A stretch of DNA of 64,000 nt from Candidatus Latescibacterota bacterium (GCA_965248265.1 CBDFJF010000002.1:3136001-3200000); one strand, 5' to 3'. Shown: positions 42,515 to 52,558, counted from the first letter of the stretch. Translations and numbers: made by a program. The notes: generated from the letters alone by a model not told the origin.

Positions 42515-43558
42515 TTGGCCATGCGACCGCGTTTTCGCAAGCCCATGTTGGATCGAATGTTGCATCGACTGGTGGCCGTGGTGACGCTCATCAGCGGCGT
42601 CCTTACGCCAGTCAGTGCGGGCGATTCGGAACCGTCCGTGATCTCCTCGGTTGATCTTCCCCCATCCACGACGGTTACCCTTGGCGATCCGATCCTCTTC
42701 CGTCTCACACTCCGATACCAGGCCGATCAGCGTCCCGAGCGCGTGTCTCCGCCTGCCTTCGACACAGATGTCGATGTGACGGAATTGGCGTCAACTCCTG
42801 CACGCGCCATGGACGACGGTTTCTTCGAAACCGTTTTGAGCTGGGAGTTGCGCTTTTTCGAGCTCGGTGATCATCAGATCCCACCGATGGAGGTGATGCT
42901 GGTGTCCGGGTCGGGTGTGGCGGAGTCGTTGCGATCGGCGCCGGTAGAAATCACCATCGGCAGCGTTCGTGAAAGCGCCGATTCCGAGGAACTTCAGGAT
43001 ATCAAACCTCCAGTGGCCATCCCCGGCGGGGTGCCGTTGTGGTTGGCCGTAGTGGTACTCACCCTCATGCTCGCCATTCTGGTTGCCCTGCTGCGCTCGT
43101 TGCTGGGAAGGCGCAGGCGTTCCAGCGTGACCGCCCTGATACCGCCGAAGCCGACTGATTACATCGTCGAATTCAAAAGAATCGCGCGTATGGGCCTGGT
43201 TGAGAGACGGGCGTTTCTCGTCCACTACACCCTGCTCTCGGAAACGCTGCGCCGCTATCTAGAAGACCGGGTGGGTGTCGACGCCATGGAGCGGACGACG
43301 GAGGAGGTTGCTGAAGCCCTGCAGGATTCGATCGTCGATTCCGCTCAGACGGGACGCGTACTCGAGTTTCTGTATCAGGCCGACCTGGTGAAGTTTGCCT
43401 GCGCCGAACCCATCGCCGAGGACGCCCGGCATGCTCCTGAGACCGGCCAGCAAATCGTCCACGCGGTCGACGCTCTCCTGGTCGCTGAGCAAGAAGAGGT
43501 GAAATCGGAGTCCGCTTCGATGGACACATCCAGGACGTCACCAGGGGTCGGTAAATGA
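42515..43558 (+). CDS. Bat-operon membrane protein (BatD-like Ig domain, TM and helical C-terminus); start uncertain
   Basis: VTLGDPI, LQDIKPP, TM, LRRYLE...AMERTTEE...ADLVKFA. Confidence 0.8.
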   Translation: MAMRPRFRKPMLDRMLHRLVAVVTLISGVLTPVSAGDSEPSVISSVDLPPSTTVTLGDPILFRLTLRYQADQRPERVSPPAFDTDVDVTELASTPARAMDDGFFETVLSWELRFFELGDHQIPPMEVMLVSGSGVAESLRSAPVEITIGSVRESADSEELQDIKPPVAIPGGVPLWLAVVVLTLMLAILVALLRSLLGRRRRSSVTALIPPKPTDYIVEFKRIARMGLVERRAFLVHYTLLSETLRRYLEDRVGVDAMERTTEEVAEALQDSIVDSAQTGRVLEFLYQADLVKFACAEPIAEDARHAPETGQQIVHAVDALLVAEQEEVKSESASMDTSRTSPGVGK

Positions 43559-43577
43559 GGGCGGCGGGGTCATCCAC

Positions 43578-44549
43578 ATGTTCGGCCTGACGCGATTTGA
43601 GGATCCTCTCTGGTTGATCTGTTTAGTGGCTCTGCCGGTGATCTTGTACTGGTACCTTCTGGAGCGCCGACGAGGATCGGCAAGCATCCGGTTCACCCAA
43701 GTTAGTGAAGTGAAGAGCCGGGTGCCCGTGACCCTGCGCCGTCGTTTGCGTCCGACATTGCTGGCGCTGAAGCTGCTTGGCCTTGGTGTGCTCATCATTG
43801 CGATGGCCCGGCCTCAGGCCGGCACCCAGTTGATCGATCTGAGTGCTGAGGGCATCGATATCATGCTCACACTGGATGTGTCGAGCAGCATGGAAGCCAA
43901 GGATCTTGGAGCGGCCAGTCGCCTGGAGGTAGCGAAAAAGGTCGTCGCCGATTTCGTCTCGGGGAGGATCAGCGACAGGGTAGGCATGGTGGTGTTCGCG
44001 GCCCAGAGCTTCACGCAGTGTCCGCTGACCCTCGACTACGACATTCTGCTCGAGTTTCTCAAGGACATCCGCATCGCGGAGGAGGAGTGGGATGGGACTG
44101 CCATCGGCATGGCCCTGATCAACGCCTGCAACCGGCTCAAGGACTCGGACGCGGACAGCAAGGTGGTCATTCTATTGACCGATGGAGTAAACAACGCCGG
44201 AGAAATCGATCCGATGACGGCGGCGGATGCCGCCGCCGCTATCGGGGTTCGGGTGTATTCGATCGGAGTGGGTCGCCAGGTGTCGGCACGCGCACGCGGA
44301 AGGGTTGAATTCGATGAGCAGGCCCTCAGATCAATCGCCGATCGAACCGGTGGAAAGTACTACCATGCGCACAGTGAGGAGAAACTGCAGGAGATATACG
44401 CGGAAATCGGTGAACTCGAGAAAACCGAGGTAACCAGCCAGGTCCACGTCGACTACTCAGACCGTTTTGCCTCCTGGGTCTGGTTCGGCTTGGTCGTGTT
44501 GGTGGCCGAATTCACCCTGGCAAATACCGTTTTTCGAAAGGTTCCGTAA
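43578..44549 (+). CDS. batA: BatA-like vWA membrane protein
   Basis: F..P.WL N-terminus, ARPQ, MIDAS DVSSSM, GTAIG and ILLTDG.NN.G. Confidence 0.9.
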   Translation: MFGLTRFEDPLWLICLVALPVILYWYLLERRRGSASIRFTQVSEVKSRVPVTLRRRLRPTLLALKLLGLGVLIIAMARPQAGTQLIDLSAEGIDIMLTLDVSSSMEAKDLGAASRLEVAKKVVADFVSGRISDRVGMVVFAAQSFTQCPLTLDYDILLEFLKDIRIAEEEWDGTAIGMALINACNRLKDSDADSKVVILLTDGVNNAGEIDPMTAADAAAAIGVRVYSIGVGRQVSARARGRVEFDEQALRSIADRTGGKYYHAHSEEKLQEIYAEIGELEKTEVTSQVHVDYSDRFASWVWFGLVVLVAEFTLANTVFRKVP

Positions 44550-44550
44550 C

Positions 44551-45579
44551 GTGCGTTGGGGGAGTCCTGACAGCCTGCTGCTGTTGATGCCACTGATCGC
44601 GGTCTTGATCGCCTTCGCCTATTTCGTGCACGTGTCACGACGAGGCCTGTTGGCCCGGTTTGCTCGAAGTGCGATGCTGCCTCGGTTGACGCGCAGCGTC
44701 AACGAATCCCGCCACCGGACCAGGATGGTGTTGTTCCTGATCGGCATGGGATTTCTGTCCATCGCCCTGCTGGAGCCTCAGTTCGGCACCGTGCTGGAAA
44801 TGGTCAAGCGAAAGGGTGTGGATGTCGTCGTCGCCCTGGACGTATCCCGCAGCATGCTGGCCGAGGATGTCAGACCGAACAGACTGGAGCGTGCCCGCTA
44901 TCAGGTTGGGGAGCTGCTTGAGCGCCTGGAAGGGGATCGCGCCGGTCTGGTGCTGTTTGCCGGCAGTGCCTTCATCCAGTGTCCGCTGACCGTCGACTAC
45001 GGAGCTTTTCGCATGCTGCTGTCCATCGTCGGCGCAGGGAGTATTCCAGTGCAGGGCACCGCCATCGGAGATGCCATTCGTCTGGCCCTCAAATGCTTCG
45101 ATGACGGGGATCGCCAACACAAGGTCGTCGTCCTCTTCACCGACGGCGAGGATCACGAAACCGATCCCATGGCGGCGGCGGAGATGGCCATCGACCAGGG
45201 AGCACGGATTCTCGTTGTCGGGATGGGAACGCCCGAAGGGGAATTGATACCGCTACGGGATGAGGACGGCCAGGTCGACTACCATCAGGATGGCCAGGGA
45301 AACTACGTAAAGACGCGACTTGATGAGGCCACTCTGAGGCGAGTTGCACTAGCTACGGATGGGGCATACTTCCGGAGTTCCCTGAGCGGAATGGAAATGG
45401 ACTTGATGTACGACTTGATCGCCAACATGGACCAGAAGGAGTTCGGTTCCGAGCGCTTCTCGCAGCGTGAGCAGCGCTATCAATACCCCCTGTTCGCGGC
45501 CATTTTGTGTTTTGTACTCGCCACGATGTTGCCTGAGGGCAACAGGAAGGAAGAGGAATGGCGCGGCCGTTTCGCATGA
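44551..45579 (+). CDS. batB: BatB-like vWA membrane protein
   Basis: GVDVVVALDVSRSMLAEDVRPNRLE, PLTVDY and TDGEDHE; probable GTG start at 44551. Confidence 0.88.
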   Translation: MRWGSPDSLLLLMPLIAVLIAFAYFVHVSRRGLLARFARSAMLPRLTRSVNESRHRTRMVLFLIGMGFLSIALLEPQFGTVLEMVKRKGVDVVVALDVSRSMLAEDVRPNRLERARYQVGELLERLEGDRAGLVLFAGSAFIQCPLTVDYGAFRMLLSIVGAGSIPVQGTAIGDAIRLALKCFDDGDRQHKVVVLFTDGEDHETDPMAAAEMAIDQGARILVVGMGTPEGELIPLRDEDGQVDYHQDGQGNYVKTRLDEATLRRVALATDGAYFRSSLSGMEMDLMYDLIANMDQKEFGSERFSQREQRYQYPLFAAILCFVLATMLPEGNRKEEEWRGRFA

Positions 45580-46361
45580 AATCCTCGCCCGCCTGCCTGT
45601 TGGCTTTGATGCTGATTCTGTGGGCAGGAGATCATTCGCGGGCCGCCACGATCGGGGACAAGGTGGCCTCGCGCAGTGCCCAGGCGGAGGAGGCCTACCG
45701 CGGTGGAGCATTCGACGAGGCGCTGCGGCTCTACCGCGACGCTCAGCTCGAGGATCCCGATTCGCCCGCCCTGCACTTCAACATCGGGGATGCACTCTAC
45801 AAGCTGCAGCAGTACGATGCTGCGGCGGAAGAGTTCCAACGGGCGGCCGCTGCGGGGGAGGCCGTGACGCCGAATCTGGGTGCCGGGAGTTGGTACAACC
45901 TGGGCAACACGCTGTTCCAGAAGCAGCAGTACGCAGAGGCCGTGGAGGCCTATAAGAATGCGCTGACGCGGAATTCGGGCGATGTGGAGGCCAAGGCAAA
46001 CCTGGAGATGGCTCTGGCACGGTTGCAACAGCAGCAGCAACAACAACCGCAGCCATCCGAAGACGGCGAAGAGGGAGAGGAAAACCGAGAATCGCAACAG
46101 CAACAGCAGCAACCGGAAGAGGGCGAGCAGGAGCGGGAGAGTGAGGAATCTGCCGATTCAGGTGAAAATCAGCAGGAGCAGTTACCCGAGCCTACGCCGG
46201 AAAAGGAACCCGGAAACCCGGATCAGCCAATGGACGAAACCGCCGGCGAGATGGACGAGGAGGAGGCGGAGCAATTGCTTGAGGCCCTGCGCGACCGCGA
46301 GACGGAAGCTCAACGCAGGCGTTTTCGGGTCGTTCCTCGAGGCCGGACCCATGACTGGTAA
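45576..46361 (+). CDS. batC: BatC-like TPR protein with Gln/Glu-rich tail
   Basis: YNLGN TPR motifs, poly-Q, EAEQLL and C-terminal DW. Confidence 0.85.
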   Translation: MKSSPACLLALMLILWAGDHSRAATIGDKVASRSAQAEEAYRGGAFDEALRLYRDAQLEDPDSPALHFNIGDALYKLQQYDAAAEEFQRAAAAGEAVTPNLGAGSWYNLGNTLFQKQQYAEAVEAYKNALTRNSGDVEAKANLEMALARLQQQQQQQPQPSEDGEEGEENRESQQQQQQPEEGEQERESEESADSGENQQEQLPEPTPEKEPGNPDQPMDETAGEMDEEEAEQLLEALRDRETEAQRRRFRVVPRGRTHDW

Positions 46362-48156
46362 GCCTGCCCTTCAGCTCTGGTTTCCGGTGTGGGTTGCCCT
46401 TCTGTTCCTGGTGCAGCCTGCTGTCCCAGAGCTTTCCTTCACCGCCAAGGTCGATCGCCAACGCACGACCCAGACCCAACCGGTCCGCCTGACATTGACC
46501 CTGTCGTCGACGCAGAACATAGCCCATGTCCCGGAGGTGAAGATCGATTTGCGGGCGTTCGACTACCAGGGTCCCTCGATTGGTACCCGTGTGGAAATGT
46601 CCACCAACGGCGGCACGACCTTCGCACGTGACCTGACCTATGCTCTGTACGCGCGCAAAGCAGGCAGGTTGACCATCCCGGCCGCGAGGATTGAGCTGCA
46701 GGGGCAGGTGCTGCAGACAAAACCGATCACGATCGAGGTGACGGCGAGAGGCCAGCGCGCCGGCAACGCCGTCGAGGACAATCTCTTCATCCGGGTCACC
46801 ACGGACCAAGAGCGGGTCTACGTCGGACAGCAACTGACCGTCACCTACGATTTGTGCTATCGATATCAACTGCGGGACATCGGCTTCAGCGAGATCCCAT
46901 CCTTCGCGGGCTTCTGGGTTAAGGATCTGTTCGTCGCCCAGACGCTCGATCCGAAACGAGAAGATATCGACCAACTCGCCTTTAACGTGTCGACGTTGCG
47001 TCAGGCCGCGTTGTTTCCAACACGGTCGGGGGCACACCGCATCGATCCGCTGGTCATGTCTTGCAATATTCCCAAGTCGGGACGCAGGCGCGGCAGTTTG
47101 TTCGACTCCATCTTCGACGATCCATTTTTCGGCCGCAGCCAAACCCATCTGGTGCGCAGTGAAGCCATCGAGATTGAGGCGCTGCCGCTGCCGAAGTTGA
47201 GGCAACCGGACGATTTTAGTGGTGCGGTCGGGCGTTTTGCGATCTCAGTCGAAGCGCAGCCACGCAGCGTGCCCGTGGGTGACCCCGTGACCGTGAGAGT
47301 GCGCGTGGAGGGCGAAGGAAATTTTCAAGCCGTCGGGGTTCCGGCGTTGGCGGATATCGATGGCTTCAAGGTGTACGACCCGAAGCAGATCGACGAGGAG
47401 GGCATCGTCGGGAATCTCTATGCGGGCAGTCGTACCCTGGAGTACATCCTCATACCGGAGCGAGTCGGATCCCTGAGAATTCCTGCGGTGTCGTTCTCCT
47501 ATTTCAATCCGTCGCAGGTGGTGTACGAAACCGTCGAGTCGGTTTCAATCGAGATCGACAGCCACGGCGAGGTGGAGGATGCCGGCGAGTCGCCGTTTCC
47601 ACTGACACGGACAGAGATAACCCAGGTGGGCAGTGACATACGCCACATCAAGCCGGATGCAACCGAGTTGAGCTTGGGGGGGCGTTTGTACAGCAGCATC
47701 TGGTTCTGGCTATTGCAAGGGTTGATTCCGTTGACCTATCTGGGTTTCCTGGTTGCCCACCGTCACCGCATGCGATTGCAGGGAGATGCCGCCTACGCCC
47801 GTCGCAAAAGAGCCCGCTCGCAGGCAACTCGACGCCTCGAGAAGGCCGGGCACTGCCTGGATGCGGCAGATGGTCCAGGCCTTTACGATGCCATTGACGA
47901 GGCGTTGCGCGCCTATCTGGCTGATAGCGCCAACGTCTCTGAAGCCGGATTGACCAAAGAAGAGTGTGCTTCCTTAGCAGCTGAAATCTGTGACTCCGAC
48001 GACGCGGACACCGTGGCAGCGCTCGTCGCCGTGATGGAGCGTTGCGAGTACGCCCGATACGCCCGCGCAGCTTCGACTCCGGAGGAGATGCGTTCGGCGT
48101 ATGACACGGCGGTGCAGATCATTGACACGCTCGCCAAGGGGAAGACGACGAAATGA
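46351..48156 (+). CDS. batD: BatD family protein
   Basis: FTAKVDR, YVGQQ, FSGAVGRF, GEGN, TM and ARYA; operon position. Confidence 0.88.
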   Translation: MTGKPALQLWFPVWVALLFLVQPAVPELSFTAKVDRQRTTQTQPVRLTLTLSSTQNIAHVPEVKIDLRAFDYQGPSIGTRVEMSTNGGTTFARDLTYALYARKAGRLTIPAARIELQGQVLQTKPITIEVTARGQRAGNAVEDNLFIRVTTDQERVYVGQQLTVTYDLCYRYQLRDIGFSEIPSFAGFWVKDLFVAQTLDPKREDIDQLAFNVSTLRQAALFPTRSGAHRIDPLVMSCNIPKSGRRRGSLFDSIFDDPFFGRSQTHLVRSEAIEIEALPLPKLRQPDDFSGAVGRFAISVEAQPRSVPVGDPVTVRVRVEGEGNFQAVGVPALADIDGFKVYDPKQIDEEGIVGNLYAGSRTLEYILIPERVGSLRIPAVSFSYFNPSQVVYETVESVSIEIDSHGEVEDAGESPFPLTRTEITQVGSDIRHIKPDATELSLGGRLYSSIWFWLLQGLIPLTYLGFLVAHRHRMRLQGDAAYARRKRARSQATRRLEKAGHCLDAADGPGLYDAIDEALRAYLADSANVSEAGLTKEECASLAAEICDSDDADTVAALVAVMERCEYARYARAASTPEEMRSAYDTAVQIIDTLAKGKTTK

Positions 48157-48926
48157 TCAAGCCCGTGGTGTTGGTCATAATGTGCGCGGTGGCGGGGATC
48201 CTGGTTTGCTCGTCGCGAGCCGTTGACGCTGAGTCCGCTGCGGTCAGCGTTTTCAGCGAGGCCAATGCACTGTACCGGACGGGTGACTACGATGCAGCCA
48301 GGTTCGGTTACCTGGATATCATCGCGATGGGTGTCACGGATTTCCGTCTGTTCTACAACCTTGGCAATGCCTGTTTCAAATCCAACCGGATCGGCGAGGC
48401 CATCGTCTGGTACGAGCGAGCGCGGCGTTTGAGGCCTAGAGACGGAGATGTCCGTGCCAATTTGCGCTTCGCCCGCCACGTAAAGAAAGACCGTTCACCG
48501 CCCGACACCGACTCCGCCCTCTGGCGTGGGCTGGCACACGTCTACATGTATCCGACTGAGGACGAACTGTGTATCGCCTTGCTTGCGCTGTCGCTGGGCT
48601 TACTCGTGCTCTCGGTGCTGCGTTTGCGCGAGTTCGATACCAGAGACGTGTGGCAGGGCCTGTTCCGCGTGAGTTGTGTGCTGACGGTGGTCGCAGCGAT
48701 GTACCTGGGTGCTCGGGTCTATCAGCTCGAAGCCGATGCTTCCGCCGTCATCACCGTCGAACAGGCAACGGCACGCAGCGGACCCGATCTTGAGCAGACG
48801 GTCAACTTCATCGCACATGAGGGCACGACCGTTCACGTGGAGCGACAAGAAGGGGAGTGGTCGCGCATCCGGCTTCCTGGCGGCCTTGGGGGTTGGGTTT
48901 CCTCCGCGGACATGACGGAGATTTGA
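48153..48926 (+). CDS. batE: BatE-like TPR plus SH3 protein
   Basis: ANALY...YNLGNA...YERA; C-terminal RSGP...HEGT...W..I.L..G..GWV (SH3b). Confidence 0.88.
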   Translation: MIKPVVLVIMCAVAGILVCSSRAVDAESAAVSVFSEANALYRTGDYDAARFGYLDIIAMGVTDFRLFYNLGNACFKSNRIGEAIVWYERARRLRPRDGDVRANLRFARHVKKDRSPPDTDSALWRGLAHVYMYPTEDELCIALLALSLGLLVLSVLRLREFDTRDVWQGLFRVSCVLTVVAAMYLGARVYQLEADASAVITVEQATARSGPDLEQTVNFIAHEGTTVHVERQEGEWSRIRLPGGLGGWVSSADMTEI

Positions 48927-48982
48927 CATTGTAGAGGGTCTCGGCGCCAGCCCTGCAACGATCAGAGCTTGTCGAGAAAGTC

Positions 48983-49146
48983 CCGGAAGGCTTATCATTA
49001 CAGTTAGTATTGAGTGCCGGAAGGCTTATCATTATGGTTAGTATTGAGTGCCGGAAGGCTTATCATTACAGTTAGTATTGAATGCCTAGAGGCTTATCAT
49101 TACAGTTAGTATTGAATTAGCATTGAATGCCTGAAGGCCTATCGTA
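48983..49146. repeat. AT-rich 34-bp tandem repeat (4 copies plus a degenerate partial copy)
   Basis: Unit CCGGAAGGCTTATCATTACAGTTAGTATTGAGTG at 48983, 49017, 49051 and 49085; no spacers. Confidence 0.95.
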
Positions 49147-49287
49147 GTAATGGATACAGCGCTCCCTTAGTCTGTTCCCTCCCTGGTTGTTCTTCACCCA
49201 CCACTCGAACAGCGTGATGCGCTGGTTCCGAGCCAAATGAGTGGTGTCCCCACAGTTCAAGTATTTGTACCCCTTTGCCGGACTTCG

Positions 49288-51339
49288 ATGAAATACCTAA
49301 TCACGGGCGGGGGCACCGGCGGGCATATCTATCCTGCTCTGGCCGTTGCCGATGAACTGCGGAGAAACGACCCACAGGCAGAGTTTCTGTACGTTGGCGT
49401 ACGCGGGCGCATCGAGGCGCGCATCGTCCCACGACGCGGTTATACCCTGCTCTACGTTCGCTCCAGACCGTTTCCGCGGCCTCTGTCGATAACAGCGCTC
49501 ATCGGCTTCGCCGCCACTCTGATGGTTGGTTGCACCAAAGCCGTGCACATTCTGCTGCGGTTTCGACCCCACGTCATCATCAGCACCGGGGGATTCGTGT
49601 CGGCACCGGTCATCTTCGCGAACGGGATGTTGCGGAATATCGGGCTCTCCAGCGCCAAGGTGTTCCTTTATGAGCCCAATGCACAGCCTGGCCTACTGAA
49701 CCAGGCTGCGGGCCGAATGGCCGATCGCATCGGAGTAGCCTTCGAAGAGGCTGCCCGCTGGTTCGACATGAAGCGGGTCTGTGTGGTCGGGCACCCCGTC
49801 CGCAGTGAGATTCTCAAGGCTGAGCGCCATGAAGCCCGTCGAGCATTGCAATTGGATGACACGGCCAAGGTCGTCCTCGTCGTCGGTGGCTCCGGAGGCT
49901 CCAGGTCCATGAATCGGGCCGTCGTAGATGCCCTACCCCGGTTGGAGCACATTCCCAACCTATTCATCCTCCACGTAACCGGGACGTACTGCGCCGCCGA
50001 CTACGACGCAGTCGCCGATACGGAAGCTCATCTGCAGCAAGCAGGTCTGTCCGGTGATGTCTCGTCGTGGTATCGCCGTTTTGATTACCTCGATGATATA
50101 GAGCATGCCTACGCGGCAGCAGACCTCGTCGTATGTCGCGCCGGTGCCGCGACCCTGACGGAAATCAGCGCTCGTAAGCTGCCTGGAATCCTGATACCGC
50201 TGCCGACCGCTGCCGAAGATCATCAGGCGGCGAATGCCCGCGATCTTGAGAATAGAGGGGGTGCCCAGATTCTGTATCAGCAGGCACGCTGGGATGCCCC
50301 GCGGGTGATCAGTTGCATCGATCCCGAGCGTCTGGCGCAGCTCATCGAGGAGGGTATCGGCAACGCGGGGGGTAGCAGCGGCGGGACACCGGCGTCCTCA
50401 CAGGCTTTCTATCGGGCCGATAGCCTCAAATTGATTCTCTCCGAGATCGGCAGTCTGGCCAACGCGCGACGACCATCACCGCTGCGGCTGGAGTTTCCGG
50501 TGCAGCAAGTGGGATTGCCGGGCAATCCCAACGCCCTGGTCCGACACGTGTCGCGGCGGGTGGAGGAAGCCGGCGGGCCTGCTGGGATGGGTGAGCTCGA
50601 GCGCGCCTACCTGTGCTACCAGGCCGATCGGCTGCTGTGCTCGGAAGGGTGGTTCGAAATACCTCTAGGCATGCGTAATGTCGGCGTCAAGCTCGTCGGT
50701 ATCCTGGAGAATCGCAGGTGTCTTCCGCTGTTGCTGAACATGCTCAACGATCGCACGCCCACCACGTTCGTGCGGCGACTTTCCGGCGGCGACTACCTGC
50801 ATCCCGGGATTCTGCGCCGCAATATCATCGAATACGGGCTGCGGCTGTTGCCGGATGATAGCGATGAAGTGTTCGCGGCGCTGACGCGTGCGCTGGCAGA
50901 AGATCCCTACTTTGAGGTGCGCGCGGCGGCAGCACAACTGCTCGGTGAACGCTTCGAAGGCAGCCAACTCGAATCCTTGATCAAACCAGCTCTGCGAGAT
51001 CGTTCACCACGTGTAGTGGTGCAAGCCATTCGCGCCCTTGGCAAGGTTGCCGTCAACGGGGATGTGATGGATGCACTGCGCCACCTCTACGAACATCCGG
51101 ACTGGCAATTCAGGCAGGAAGTCGTTGGCGCGATTGCCAACCTGCTGGACCGGGGTATCGTCAGCGCAGCGGATGTCGCCGGCGATGTGGATCAGATTCT
51201 GGCAACCGCTCCCAGTTTCGAGCCCACGTTCCCATTGCGCGACGGCTTACAAAGCCTGTCGTCCAAACTGCATCAATTGGAACATACTGGAGGCAACGTG
51301 ATCGACAATCGTAAAGGAGCGGGCGAGCGAGGTTCCTGA
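49288..51339 (+). CDS. murG: MurG-like glycosyltransferase fused to a C-terminal HEAT-repeat domain
   Basis: GGGTGGHIYP, GGFVS, GHPVR, GGSGGS, RAGAATLTE and HQAANA, then ~300 aa with D.YFEVRAAAA.LLG and D.SPRVV..AI.ALG HEAT repeats. Confidence 0.85.
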   Translation: MKYLITGGGTGGHIYPALAVADELRRNDPQAEFLYVGVRGRIEARIVPRRGYTLLYVRSRPFPRPLSITALIGFAATLMVGCTKAVHILLRFRPHVIISTGGFVSAPVIFANGMLRNIGLSSAKVFLYEPNAQPGLLNQAAGRMADRIGVAFEEAARWFDMKRVCVVGHPVRSEILKAERHEARRALQLDDTAKVVLVVGGSGGSRSMNRAVVDALPRLEHIPNLFILHVTGTYCAADYDAVADTEAHLQQAGLSGDVSSWYRRFDYLDDIEHAYAAADLVVCRAGAATLTEISARKLPGILIPLPTAAEDHQAANARDLENRGGAQILYQQARWDAPRVISCIDPERLAQLIEEGIGNAGGSSGGTPASSQAFYRADSLKLILSEIGSLANARRPSPLRLEFPVQQVGLPGNPNALVRHVSRRVEEAGGPAGMGELERAYLCYQADRLLCSEGWFEIPLGMRNVGVKLVGILENRRCLPLLLNMLNDRTPTTFVRRLSGGDYLHPGILRRNIIEYGLRLLPDDSDEVFAALTRALAEDPYFEVRAAAAQLLGERFEGSQLESLIKPALRDRSPRVVVQAIRALGKVAVNGDVMDALRHLYEHPDWQFRQEVVGAIANLLDRGIVSAADVAGDVDQILATAPSFEPTFPLRDGLQSLSSKLHQLEHTGGNVIDNRKGAGERGS

Positions 51340-51366
51340 CTCGCCTCAGACACAGGTCATACGTAC

Positions 51367-52473
51367 ATGCTCTACTATCTGGGAAGCTACCTCCATAGCA
51401 CTGTGGAGGCGCTGTCTTTTCTCCGGCTGCTGGAGTCGATCAGCTTCAGGGCGATCGGCGGAGCCATGACCGCGCTCATATTCACCATCCTGTTCGGTGG
51501 ACGCATCATCTTGTCCTTTTACCGGTCCGGTCAGCGGGATGCGTCACGCCGCTATGCCCACTTTCCTTCGTCTCAGCATCAGTCGAAGACGATAGGCGGG
51601 GGCTTGCTGGTTGCGGCCATCGTTCTCAGCTGCCTGCTGTGGTGCCAGCTCATCAATCCGTTCGTCGTCGCCTGCCTGGCCGCGCTGCTGTGGTTCGCCA
51701 GCCTCGGATTCGTCGATGACTTCCTCAAGGTTCGGCATGGCAGCAGTGATCGGGGTCTGAGCGAAACCGCCAAACTGTCGTTGCAGTTCCTCTTTAGCCT
51801 TGGATTCGCCCTCGTATTCGTAACCCCTGAACTTTCGCCGCTGCCGCCAGACCTGGCGACCAAGCTGTACCTGCCATTCCTAAAGAATCCGGTAATCGAC
51901 CTGTCCTGGGGATACGTTCCCTTCATCATATTCACGGTGATTGCAATCGCCAATTCCGTGAATATCACCGACGGCATCGACGGACTGGCCGTTGTCCCAA
52001 TCGCGTTCAGCATCATCGTCTACGGCGTTTTCGCGTACGTCGCCAGTCACGCGCAGATCGCAGGGTTTCTCATCTTCCCGTTCATGCCCGGAGCGGGAGA
52101 GATCGCCATCATCTGTGCCATCGTGTTCGGCGCATGCCTGGGTTTCCTGTGGTTCAACTCCTACCCGGCCAATGTCATTATGGGCGACACGGGGTCGATG
52201 GCCCTTGGTGGCTTGCTCGGCACTGTCGTCGTCCTCGCCAAACAGGAGTTTCTGTTTCTCATTGTCGGCGGCATATTCGTCGCTGAAGCTCTGTCCGTCG
52301 TGGTGCAAGAAAAGATTGGTATCCGCAAGCTGGGCAGACGCTTCATCCACGTAGCCCCCCTCCATCACCACTTTCAGTCGCGTGGCTTGGCGGATACCAA
52401 GATCGTCGTCAGGTTCTGGATTGTAGCCGGTATACTGGCCCTTGGCGGGTTGGCAACGCTAAAGATCCGCTGA
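51367..52473 (+). CDS. mraY: MraY-family phospho-MurNAc-pentapeptide transferase (divergent)
   Basis: GFVDD, NSVNITDGIDGL, FNSYPA..MGDTGS, APLHHHF and KIVVRFWI; GTPTMGG motif altered. Confidence 0.87.
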   Translation: MLYYLGSYLHSTVEALSFLRLLESISFRAIGGAMTALIFTILFGGRIILSFYRSGQRDASRRYAHFPSSQHQSKTIGGGLLVAAIVLSCLLWCQLINPFVVACLAALLWFASLGFVDDFLKVRHGSSDRGLSETAKLSLQFLFSLGFALVFVTPELSPLPPDLATKLYLPFLKNPVIDLSWGYVPFIIFTVIAIANSVNITDGIDGLAVVPIAFSIIVYGVFAYVASHAQIAGFLIFPFMPGAGEIAIICAIVFGACLGFLWFNSYPANVIMGDTGSMALGGLLGTVVVLAKQEFLFLIVGGIFVAEALSVVVQEKIGIRKLGRRFIHVAPLHHHFQSRGLADTKIVVRFWIVAGILALGGLATLKIR

Positions 52474-52558
52474 TCAACACCAGGCCGAACCTGAGGCAGC
52501 ATGGGTGCCTGCCGCGTCCGTGTATGGCCGATGTGGGTGGGATGGTCGATGGGGTTGG

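Noticed and set aside
46020-46115. CAG/CAA microsatellite as a phase-variation tract
   Set aside because: It is an in-frame poly-Gln stretch, normal for BatC-like proteins.
48983-49146. CRISPR array
   Set aside because: Repeats are head-to-tail with no unique spacers, and there are no cas genes in the window.
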